64,000 bases of DNA, taken from positions 124,066 to 188,065 of the forward strand of contig CATQHX010000003.1 in the NCBI GenBank assembly GCA_958296065.1, in the 5' to 3' direction. Within the stretch, counting starts at the first letter, position 1. Every line of letters begins with the position of its first letter. The translations under genes were made by a program, and so were the position numbers. The DNA comes from Vicinamibacterales bacterium (GTDB lineage: Bacteria; Acidobacteriota; Vicinamibacteria; Vicinamibacterales; UBA8438). The notes under the pieces are model-generated. The model ran no database searches. It had not been told where the DNA came from and saw only the letters and a list, made by a program, of their open reading frames with translations. Below are positions 1 through 7,708 of the stretch, piece by piece.

Positions 1-359
1 GCTCGCTGTTCATGCTCGACTGGACCACCGACCCCGACATGCGCCGCCGCGCCCTGGTCGGACTGAACAAGGGCGAGGCGCACCATGCCCTCAAGCGCGC
101 CATCAATTTCCACCAACGCGGCGAACTGCGAGACCGAACCGGGGAAGGACAGCACTATCGGATTGCCGGCCTCAACTTGCTGGCCGCGATCATCATCTAC
201 TGGAACACGCAGAAGCTCAGCGAGGCCGTCTTCGCCAGGCAGAAGGCCGACCTCGAGACTCCGGCCGAATTCCTGACCCACGTCTCGCCGCTCGGGTGGG
301 AACACATCAACCTGACCGGAGAATACCGGTGGCCGGGTGCCGGCCCGCGCCCAACGTGA
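1..359 (+). CDS. tnpA: Tn3-family DDE transposase, C-terminal end (5' part lies left of the window)
   Basis: ORF 12..359 stays open back to base 3. The sequence LNKGEAHHALKRAINFHQRGELRDRTGEGQHYRIAGLNLLAAIIIYWNT...VSPLGWEHINLTGEYRW matches the conserved extreme C-terminus of Tn3/Tn21-type transposases. The stop lies 5 bp before a Tn3-like terminal IR. Confidence 0.85.
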   Translation, partial: SLFMLDWTTDPDMRRRALVGLNKGEAHHALKRAINFHQRGELRDRTGEGQHYRIAGLNLLAAIIIYWNTQKLSEAVFARQKADLETPAEFLTHVSPLGWEHINLTGEYRWPGAGPRPT

Positions 360-364
360 CGACA

Positions 365-401
365 CTTAACGTAGGATTTCGCCCTCTCCCGCAAACAACC
401 C
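365..401. repeat. Tn3-family terminal inverted repeat (transposase-proximal end, outer tip at 401)
   Basis: CTTAACGTAGGATTTCGCCCTCTCCCGCAAACAACCC. The inner CTTAACGT resembles the inner end of the classical Tn3 38-bp IR (..ACGTTAAG). It sits directly after the tnpA stop. An inverted copy is at 3003..3034. Confidence 0.7.
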
Positions 402-485
402 GTGGATCCACCACAGCCCGACCCGGCAACCTGCGCTTCCGCCGGGTGCCGTCACCACCGGTCGCGGGTACCGATTAACCGCGAT

Positions 486-1661
486 TCAACGAGTATCGCT
501 GAGCGACCTCCACGGACCACCTGACGACCGTACCTGCATGGACCCACGCGACGGCTCGAGGAAGGGGCTGTCCTCGATGTCCAGGCAGGCCCCGTTGTCG
601 TGCCCGAAGTAATCGTCTCGTCCGATGTCGACGAATTGCGGTTGCCAAGGCTGAGATCCCGCATACATCAGATCGGTCGGATCCTCGCTTACGTGCCCGG
701 CGAGCGTATGGTTCGGTGCGCAGGTGGCCACCGCCCCGAGCACATGGAACATCTCGTGCGCGCCGCTGTACTCCCAGTAGCCCATCCGCGTCGGGCTCGC
801 CCCGAGCGGATTCGTGTTGCAGGGTGGCGCTCCCGCTGGCTCGCCGTTGATGTACAACACGCCGACCGAGCCCGGAACGGCCGGGGGCCACGCCGCGCTG
901 CCACAGGACTGGTTGTTCCTGCCGCCATAGTACACGAGGTAGATCTTGTTGCCCGCGAGCCGCCCGGCCGCCGAGAGCTCCCTCTCGATGTCCCGCACCA
1001 GGAACGCCCCGAGCCCGGCCGCCTCGGCGTCCGACATTGCGAGCCGGTAGAACGTGACGTCGAGCCGCCCTCCGAACGTGTCGAGTCTGAACGCGCGAGA
1101 TGTTGCGCCGGACAGCCAGTTTTGGATGGCCTCGATCGAGGTCGCGATGGTCCGGTCCATGTCGAGTTGCCGGTCCTCTCCATTGCTCGGCAGCACGTAC
1201 ATGACGTGAAGCTGACTGCCACCGATATCGTCCCGGCGGTCTGCCGTAGATCGGCCGAGCGGTTCCTCCACATGGATATCGACCGCGGCCATGTGACCGC
1301 CGGACGTGGCGGTAATGCTACTCGTGCCTGCCCCGACCGCGGTCACGAGTCCGAGTACATCGACGGTCGCCACGGCGGGGTCGCTCGACTGCCAGCCCGC
1401 CACTACGGTACCGTCGCTGCCGTCGCTGTAGCTGGCCCGCGCCGTCAGCATGACGGTCTGCCCCACTTCGAGCATCGTCGACGGGGCTTCGATTACGAGA
1501 GCGCTGACCGTCCGCGCCAGCGGCGTCGGCTGCGTCGGCGCGCGCGGCGGGTCGTCGCCGCACCCAATTGCGATCACACCGAGCGCAACGATCCCACGGA
1601 CGGATACATCCCGGGACAACTGGCACCACGCAGCAATCGCGGATCGAGCAGAGCTGTGCAT
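486..1661 (-). CDS. Secreted/lipoprotein with bacterial Ig-like (Big_2-type) domain and HExxH zinc-metallopeptidase-like motif
   Basis: ORF 486..1697, with GGGAGG 9 nt before the ATG at 1661. Lipobox-like VIAIGC. Big_2-like segment VMLTARASYSDGSDGTVVAGWQSSDPAVATVDVLGLVTAVGAGTSSITA. AHEMFHVLG supplies the HExxH motif. Confidence 0.6.
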   Translation of the reverse strand: MHSSARSAIAAWCQLSRDVSVRGIVALGVIAIGCGDDPPRAPTQPTPLARTVSALVIEAPSTMLEVGQTVMLTARASYSDGSDGTVVAGWQSSDPAVATVDVLGLVTAVGAGTSSITATSGGHMAAVDIHVEEPLGRSTADRRDDIGGSQLHVMYVLPSNGEDRQLDMDRTIATSIEAIQNWLSGATSRAFRLDTFGGRLDVTFYRLAMSDAEAAGLGAFLVRDIERELSAAGRLAGNKIYLVYYGGRNNQSCGSAAWPPAVPGSVGVLYINGEPAGAPPCNTNPLGASPTRMGYWEYSGAHEMFHVLGAVATCAPNHTLAGHVSEDPTDLMYAGSQPWQPQFVDIGRDDYFGHDNGACLDIEDSPFLEPSRGSMQVRSSGGPWRSLSDTR

Positions 1662-2077
1662 GAAAACGAACCTCCCACGCCGTAGCGCGTCTCCCAAGGG
1701 CCTGGGGGATCGTCAACGGCCAGCAGCGTACCGTGGCCCCAAGCGTGCTCGAAGTCGAACAGCAGTTTCAGGACCGCCTCGGATGCGAAAGTCTCCTGAT
1801 TCGGCAGCGCCCTGGGCTGATCCGGCCAATGCGGGCGGCGGCGGACGACGCCATCCAACACCGGCGCACAGAAGCACGAAAGCCGAGCCGGCAATGGGCT
1901 TCATGGCTGTTCCTCCTCGCTTCCGAAGCGAACGTATCACGGGCGGCCGGGCTCAGGACACCCGGCCGACCGGCGCTGCCCTGCGGCAGCAGCGCCACGT
2001 CCAGCAGCTCGTCTACCCGCGTCACGTAGTGCACCTCGACCGCGCACCGCAGGTCCTCGCCCAGGTCCTCGCCCAGG

Positions 2078-2272
2078 TCATGCGCCGTCGTGCGCTCCTG
2101 AACCCTCGTAGCGCACCACCTGACCCGTGCGGTACGACGTCAGCCGCACCAACCCGCACGTCCGGCACACCTCCGCCTGGCAGTCCCGCGTCGAGTGCTC
2201 CCGGTCGAACCGCCACAGATGACCGTGCGACCGCCGGGGGCACGCCGGGACCACGAGCTTCTGCTCCGGCAT
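2078..2272 (-). CDS. Small Cys/His-rich hypothetical protein (64 aa), possible zinc ribbon
   Basis: MPEQKLVVPACPRRSHGHLWRFDREHSTRDCQAEVCRTCGLVRL... Translationally coupled to the preceding ORF. High GC3. Confidence 0.4.
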   Translation of the reverse strand: MPEQKLVVPACPRRSHGHLWRFDREHSTRDCQAEVCRTCGLVRLTSYRTGQVVRYEGSGAHDGA

Positions 2273-2508
2273 CACGCCTGTCGATGCGTCTCGAGCCCCT
2301 CGGCCAGCCGGCGGCCGAAGACCGCCTCGAACGGCCCGTCGCCGACGGCCGCCACCCGCGTGCCGTAGACCCGCCACCGACCACCACCGTCGAACGCCGC
2401 ATACCCGCGCGCCACGTCAATCGCCAGGCCCAGCGACGGAAACACCGACCACACCCACTGCCGAGGCCGGCCCCGCACTCGCCACCCCACCGCGTACAAC
2501 GCGCTCAT
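2272..2508 (-). CDS. Small hypothetical protein (78 aa)
   Basis: ATG at 2508 overlaps the upstream stop (TGATG), and its own stop overlaps the next ATG (TGATG at 2270-2274). High GC3. Confidence 0.4.
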   Translation of the reverse strand: MSALYAVGWRVRGRPRQWVWSVFPSLGLAIDVARGYAAFDGGGRWRVYGTRVAAVGDGPFEAVFGRRLAEGLETHRQA

Positions 2509-2729
2509 CAACAGGATTTCCCGGAGCCGTCACCCCGCGGCGACTCGTCACCATCGTCCGCGTTGACCGCGCTGCACTGCACCGGGTACTCCGCCCAGAG
2601 CAGCACCCGCTGCCGCAACGCCGCGTCCACCTCGGCCGTCGTCGCCGCGCGGAACCCGCCGCCGTCGTCCACCTCGATCGCGAACAGCCCGCGGCCCCGG
2701 CCGAGCACGCGCCAGCGACGTTCAGGCAT
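2508..2729 (-). CDS. Small hypothetical protein (73 aa), first of three coupled small ORFs
   Basis: ATG at 2729 preceded by gaaagg. High GC3. Its stop overlaps the next start (TGATG). MPERRWRVLGRGRGLFAIEVDDGGGFRAATTAEVDAALRQRVLLWAEYP... Confidence 0.4.
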   Translation of the reverse strand: MPERRWRVLGRGRGLFAIEVDDGGGFRAATTAEVDAALRQRVLLWAEYPVQCSAVNADDGDESPRGDGSGKSC

Positions 2730-3002
2730 CCTTTCCAACAGCGATCGCGATTCCGGCCCGGTCCCACCTGCCGTTCGGCTCCGCCGGAACATTCCCAGCC
2801 GGCGATGGCCCGGACCGGAACCGCGAGTCCCTCATTCACGCCTTTCGTCGTCGACGCCGTTGCACTTCAGTGCTGCAGCCCACGCACCGGCGACGCCACA
2901 TCGAGCGCGTCGTGCAACGCGTCGACCAGTTCCGCGTCCTCGCCACATTCGGCCAGCTCGATCCGCTCCTGCAGGATACGAGCCACGATGAACCGCAACG
3001 TC

Positions 3003-3034
3003 GGGTTGTTTGCGGGAGGGGGCGAATCCTACGT
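3003..3034. repeat. Second Tn3-family terminal IR copy, inverted relative to 365..401 (outer tip at 3003)
   Basis: The reverse complement ACGTAGGATTCGCCCCCTCCCGCAAACAACCC matches 369..401 at 31 of 33 positions (1 indel, 1 mismatch). Similarity stops exactly at both tips. Confidence 0.7.
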
Positions 3035-3099
3035 CTAGCTCACGCGTCACGGTCCTCCGACTTCAGGACGCAAGGACCTTCTGGACACTGGCGCAACGA

Positions 3100-3640
3100 G
3101 CGGCCCGTCAGCTGCCTGCGTGACAGCGACACAGCGACACAGCGACGCCAGCGGTAAGCGTTCGGTGAACCCGGTATGAACATGGGGCCGGGCCAACCGG
3201 ACGCTGGCGTTGTCGACGGCCAGCACCGGTGGATGTCCCTGCGCAGGGAGGGTGCCCGGACCGGATCGGCTTGCTGTTCGACGATGCTTGCCCGACTGCC
3301 GTAACGCCCGGATACCGGTATGGCCGAACGGTTACCGCCAGCGGTAAGCGTTCGGTGGAGCCGGTATGGACATGCGGCCGGCCCAGCCAGACGCGCCGTC
3401 GGCCTCTGGAGCAATCCGTGCAGACTGACCAACTCGGACTGCGGGGCCCGACGCGTGAACCCCGCAGCCGAGAGAGCGCGGACGAGTTGAAGTGGGCGGC
3501 GCCAGGAAGCGCGCCGTGCAGCGAAGAACGCGATGGCCCAGTTGTCGGTCCGCTATACCGGCTTGGCCGAACGGTTACCGCCAGCGACGCGGAGACGACG
3601 GTCGGCAGCACCTTCCCGACGTTGTGGGGTACACCGTGGT
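3100..3640. repeat. Non-coding block built from dispersed repeat modules and hairpins (modules 'a' 3170..3338, hairpin 3324..3355, 'b' 3341..3449)
   Basis: Module a is near-identical to 27315..27483. Module b matches 25091..25196 in reverse orientation. Recurrent CCGGTATGGACATGCGGCCGG and ACCGAACGGTTACCGC / GCGGTAAGCGTTCGGT half-sites. Also CAGCGACA x2.5 at 3124..3146. No convincing ORF. Confidence 0.75.
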
Positions 3641-3714
3641 ATTCTGTCTCAGCACGTACCTGTAAATATATGCGTATTCAGGTATTTACAGCGGTGTTCG
3701 TGTTGACGCTACAA

Positions 3715-3754
3715 AAATTCCATATGCAATCGGCGCTCGGAGTGAACTGGACTC
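3715..3754. repeat. 40-bp motif, inverted partner at 12606..12644
   Basis: AAATTCCATATGCAATCGGCGCTCGGAGTGAACTGGACTC, 195 bp upstream of the nuclease-like gene. It is preceded by an AT-rich dyad, CTGTAAATA-N15-TATTTACAG, at about 3660..3692. Confidence 0.7.
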
Positions 3755-3948
3755 TACAGGACGAGCACATCTTCGGGGACATCCTGCGGCGCAGGTGGTC
3801 GGCGAGGTACGGTTCGACCCTTGACAAGGCGGCGGGGCCGGCCCCGTCGCGCCACGTCGGCAGGCACGGAGGCGTGGCCGGTCACTGCCGGTCACGGTTC
3901 CGATCGCTACCCTGAACGCGACCATGAACCGCAAGATGGACCGCAGGT

Positions 3949-5127
3949 ATGACCGAGCGCATCTACACCCGGGATCAACAGGGACGGCTTGAACCGCTCG
4001 AAGGAGAGCGCTTTGGGAAGGAGGACGAACTCCAGGCCCTCATCGCCGAGCATCCGGAACTGCTCGACGGAACGCAAATGCGGCCGGACGCTCCCAGGCG
4101 CTGGATTCTCATCGCCCGAGAGCAGGGAATCGCCGAATCGTCCGATGCGGCTGCACGATGGGCGGTCGACCACTTGCTCGTTGACCAGGACGCGGTGCCG
4201 ACGCTGGTCGAGGTCAAGAGGGGGTCAAGCCCCGAGATCCGCCGCACCATCGTCGGGCAGATGCTGGAGTACGCGGCGCACGCTGCGCGGACGTGGACGG
4301 CGGACAGCCTGCGCCATGCGTTCGAGGAGTCAACGGACGCCCGAGGTCTCGACCCCGGCCAAGAGCTTCAGAAGCTGTTGCAGCCGGACGGAGAGGAAGA
4401 GGCGGACGCCGACGGCTTCTGGGAGCGCGTGGCCACAAACCTCGCCGCGGCTCGTCTGCGGCTGCTATTCGTCGCGGACGACATCCCGGATCCCCTTGAG
4501 CGCGTCGTGGAGTTTCTCAACGCGCAGATGGCGGGAATCGAAGTGCTCGCGGTGGAGATCAAGCAGTTCAAAGGCGATTCGAGGCAAACCCTGGTGCCGC
4601 GGGTGATCGGAAGAACCGCAGCGTCACCGCGCTCCCATGCCGGTCAGGGTGCGCGCCGCCCAAAGCTCGACCGCGAGTCGTTTCTGAACGCTTTCGACAA
4701 TCCCGAACATCGTAGCGTCGCCGTTCGTCTCCTTGGCGTTGCGGATGAGTCCGGTGCCATCGTGGAACGGTACGCCAACGGTCTCGGCGTCCGGATACCC
4801 TGCTCCCACTGGAAAAAGCCGGTCGGCGTCGCTTGGCTCTTTGCGCCGTCGGAGTGGGGCCACGCGGTCTTGAGGGGACTGACCGCCCTCTCACTCGGGA
4901 TATCGATGGACCTACCCGCCACGGAGGAGTCGCTGCCTGACGACAAGCGGTTGGCGTACGCGGCACTCCGGCAGTGGATGCAAGAGATTGCCAGCTACGA
5001 CTTCTCGAAGGACGTATCCACCCCGTACTACCACGCCCGAACGATCAGCTACGACGACGCCGCGCGCCACATCGACCAGCTGTCGAGCAGCCTCGCGAGG
5101 GTGGTCTCGGAGATCCGATCGGCGTGA
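3949..5127 (+). CDS. NucS/PD-(D/E)xK-like nuclease-fold protein with uncharacterised C-terminal half
   Basis: 392-aa ORF. ELQALIAEHPELL...RWAVDHLLVDQDAVPTLVEVKRGSSPEIRRTIVGQMLEYAAH fits the D..(D/E)xK plus Q-helix pattern of NucS/DUF91-type endonucleases. Residues ~240-392 show no motif I recognise. Confidence 0.6.
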   Translation: MTERIYTRDQQGRLEPLEGERFGKEDELQALIAEHPELLDGTQMRPDAPRRWILIAREQGIAESSDAAARWAVDHLLVDQDAVPTLVEVKRGSSPEIRRTIVGQMLEYAAHAARTWTADSLRHAFEESTDARGLDPGQELQKLLQPDGEEEADADGFWERVATNLAAARLRLLFVADDIPDPLERVVEFLNAQMAGIEVLAVEIKQFKGDSRQTLVPRVIGRTAASPRSHAGQGARRPKLDRESFLNAFDNPEHRSVAVRLLGVADESGAIVERYANGLGVRIPCSHWKKPVGVAWLFAPSEWGHAVLRGLTALSLGISMDLPATEESLPDDKRLAYAALRQWMQEIASYDFSKDVSTPYYHARTISYDDAARHIDQLSSSLARVVSEIRSA

Positions 5128-5598
5128 CGGCAACAGGCCCTGACCGGTCCATCCTGGCGCGCTGTTGTCTTCGTGCCAGACATGATCGCCTGCTCGAATC
5201 GGTCGCGCGTCCACCGTGATGCCGGAGGCGCGGTTGGCGTGAGGCGGGGCCGTGATTCGGTATCGTCGGACAAGAGCCGCTCTGGGATCCGTGCGCGGAG
5301 CCGACGTCAAGGCCGACAACCCGCTTAACGGAGCGGAGCGCCTTCAATGGCGGGGAGCACACGCGGACGCTCCCGGCGCGACGATGCCACCGTTGACCGC
5401 GTGCCATGGCTGTAGCCCTGTTCGCCGAACGCGAACGCCGGCGGCACCCGGGTCCATCCCCGTTGGCGCGGGTGTTCCAGTCAGCGGGCGGCCCGGTGTC
5501 GGGCCACGCGGATCTTGTCTGGCGAGGTCAGGTTAACCCGTGCACAGATGAAGGGTCAACGGGGTAGAATCAGTCAGTGTTCATGCTGTGAGGTAGCC

Positions 5599-5799
5599 AT
5601 GCCCCGGTGCGACCACGATCCCGGCTGTTGCGTGTACTGCTGCCCGGCCGAACCGGACAGCAACGGTACCGGCGAGGGCTGCCAACGTCTGCCGGCCCGG
5701 CGACACGTGACGAGCTGCCGGCGCCGGACCGCGGGACCGGCGAGTCGCAACGCGACCGGGACGAGCGGGCCGGATTCGCCGTGCTGTTCGGTGACGTGA
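5599..5799 (+). CDS. Possible Cys-rich small protein (66 aa)
   Basis: GAGG 6 nt before the ATG. About 85% GC3 in this frame. MPRCDHDPGCCVYCCPAEPD... with 9 Cys. No homology claim possible. Confidence 0.3.
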   Translation: MPRCDHDPGCCVYCCPAEPDSNGTGEGCQRLPARRHVTSCRRRTAGPASRNATGTSGPDSPCCSVT

Positions 5800-5865
5800 A
5801 CACGTGCCGGCGAGCAGCAGTCCTGACCGAAAACCTCAACCCGAAATCAACGGAGACCCTTCATC

Positions 5866-6039
5866 ATGTCCGCTCTGATCACAGTCAGCATCGTCGAAGA
5901 AAACGGTCCTTCTGACAATCGCGAATGGCTCCAGCGCAAGCTGTGGGTGGAACACTCGACTGGTGTACAGAAGCTGATCTCCGACATCAACGCCGCCATC
6001 GACAAGGCGGCAGAGGAAGACAGTTCACCCGGTCGGTGA
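5866..6039 (+). CDS. Small hypothetical protein (57 aa)
   Basis: GGAGA RBS before the ATG at 5866. MSALITVSIVEENGPSDNREWLQRKLWVEHSTGVQKLISDINAAIDKAAEEDSSPGR. Not in the ORF track (under 60 aa). Confidence 0.4.
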   Translation: MSALITVSIVEENGPSDNREWLQRKLWVEHSTGVQKLISDINAAIDKAAEEDSSPGR

Positions 6040-6089
6040 CCGCCACATCCACTGGTCGCGAAGCATCCTGATAGTCTGGAGACAACACG

Positions 6090-6257
6090 ATGCCCGAGAA
6101 GCATGACCGCCCGGTCGTCCGCGTGAAGCCGCACAGCTACCAGCCGACGGCCGCCGAACTGAACGAGCCGATCGTATTCCCGCCGGGGACGACGCCCGAG
6201 GACTTGGCCCGCGCGCTGATGACACCGGTCACCGTCGTTGAGGAGGATGCGTCATGA
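6090..6257 (+). CDS. Small hypothetical protein (55 aa)
   Basis: GGAGA RBS. MPEKHDRPVVRVKPHSYQPTAAELNEPIVFPPGTTPEDLARALMTPVTVVEEDAS. Its stop overlaps the next start (ATGA at 6254). Confidence 0.45.
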   Translation: MPEKHDRPVVRVKPHSYQPTAAELNEPIVFPPGTTPEDLARALMTPVTVVEEDAS

Positions 6258-6646
6258 GTGAAACCGGGTTCAAACCACAGATGCCTCGCGTAGTCTACAG
6301 TGCTCCTGCTTCACAGAAGACCAGTACAAATCCGAACCGGCAATCATTGGAGATTTATGTCTTCCACGACAATGTACACGAAGCTACCTTAGAGAAGATG
6401 ATCGGTATCGAGACAAATTGGTTCGTTAAGTGGTTCGCCGAGCCCAGCATTCACCCCGCCATTAGCCACAAGAACGAGTTCGGAACGCATAGAGACCTCG
6501 GCCGACTTCAACAACTCGTACAGCACGCCCTTGCAGAAAAGCACGGATGGGCTACCAGTTCGACGCCAGAAGTCCACCACGTCGCAACGCTCGAAGAAGC
6601 AGATGCAGAATTAAAAGGCGGACCCGTCGCTCCACACCGAGGTTGA
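6254..6646 (+). CDS. Hypothetical protein (130 aa) in a clear G+C dip
   Basis: ORF 6254..6646, coupled to the upstream ORF. Local G+C is visibly lower than the surroundings. No recognisable motif. Confidence 0.55.
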   Translation: MSETGFKPQMPRVVYSAPASQKTSTNPNRQSLEIYVFHDNVHEATLEKMIGIETNWFVKWFAEPSIHPAISHKNEFGTHRDLGRLQQLVQHALAEKHGWATSSTPEVHHVATLEEADAELKGGPVAPHRG

Positions 6647-6675
6647 AATAATCCGGGGCCATTCGGGACGGGATC

Positions 6676-7059
6676 TTGCGAGCTTGGTGGATGAGTCAAC
6701 GATATCATTACCTTCACGAGCTCCCCGAGCCATCCGGGACCGAGAAGCCGCAACTGGTCCTGCTCCACCTGGTGCAGGCCCTCGAGCGCCGGGTGACGGT
6801 CGGCGGGGAGGCCGTCGACCTCACCGCCACCGAGTACGAGCTTCTGCGCGTGCTCGCGCTCGACGCGGGACACGTCGTAACCTTCGAGACGCTGCAGCGC
6901 CGGGTCTGGGCCAAGCGTGAGAACGCCAATGCGAACCTTGTACGCATCTTCGTCAGGAACCTCCGCCGCAAGCTCGGCGACAGCGCGGCCAGCCCCGCCT
7001 ACCTGTTCAACCAGCGCGGCGTCGGCTACCGCATCGCGAAGCCGCCGGACGACTCGTAA
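6676..7059 (+). pseudogene. Orphan OmpR/PhoB-type winged-helix output domain (response regulator lacking its receiver domain)
   Basis: VTVGGEAVDLTATEYELLRVLALDAGHVVTFETLQRRVWAKREN..LVRIFVRNLRRKLGD...YLFNQRGVGYRI is a Trans_reg_C pattern. No receiver domain lies upstream. Confidence 0.65.
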
Positions 7060-7122
7060 CGGGCTCACATCGCGGCGAAGGGATCCGGCTTCCGCAAACC
7101 CGCCCATGAGATCGGGTCAACC

Positions 7123-7443
7123 TCACTCCTTCGACGTGACACTCCTGCACAGCGCCGCCACGTAGCGGCGCACCGTGCGCGGGGAGACCGCGCCGGCCAA
7201 CGGCAACAGCAACCGGCGGATCCGCTTCGCGGTCAACTTCCGGTCCTCGCGCAGCCACTGCTCGATCCGGTCGCCGCCACGGGTCCAGGCTGCTGGCCCG
7301 CGGCGGCGACACCCGCGCCGGCGGCGGCGGCCGGTCTACGGCCCGGCGCATCGTCTTGACGTCCAACTGGAGACGCCGCAGAATCTCCTTCTTCGGTGCT
7401 CCCTCCACCAGATCAGGTGGCGAATCTCGGCCCACTGACTCAT
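7123..7443 (-). pseudogene. istA: IS21-family IstA transposase N-terminal remnant (frameshifted, truncated)
   Basis: Spread over at least 2 frames: MSQWAEIRHL / VEGAPKKEILRRLQLDVKTMRRAVDRPPPPARVSPPRASSLDPW / ..TAKRIRRLL..SPRTVRRYVAALCRSVTSKE*. This is the typical IS21 HTH N-terminus. Only about 100 codons remain. Confidence 0.6.
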
Positions 7444-7708
7444 CCTGATCACCTCCGCGTCCTCCTGGCGATGTCGACGAGACGAACGTGTCTCGTCCCA
7501 TCGATTCATCGCCGTAGGCACGCTCTTCCTTGAGTGCTCAGGGGTTCTCTTCATCCTGCCGCTGCCACCAATGCGCGCGAGTTGAAGGGCGGCCCAGCAC
7601 CAGCAACGCCGGACCATCCGCGAGACACAGCTTGTGGACCCCGACCCGTTCCCGCGGCCGCGGTTGGTAACACTTCTCCATGGCAAGTCAATGGAGGAGA
7701 GACGCACG

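Noticed and set aside
1713-1904. Signal-peptide ORF (AGGAGG RBS, MKPIAGSAFVLLCAGV...) that seems to continue in another frame (..LDGVVRRRPHWPDQP..FDFEHAWGHGTLLAVDD..).
   Set aside because: It could be a frameshifted small secreted protein, but neither frame has a recognisable motif and I cannot fix the shift point.
1970-2075. Lon-protease C-terminal fragment (AVEVHYVTRVDELLDVALLP).
   Set aside because: Only about 25 residues are similar, which is too short to call without a search. It is mentioned as context only.
7058-7110. TAACG...TTCCGCAAACCCGCCC resembling the Tn3-type IR (possible opposite end of the element starting at 3003).
   Set aside because: The spacing and most positions do not align with the 37-bp IR. 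Only the CCGCAAAC core is shared.
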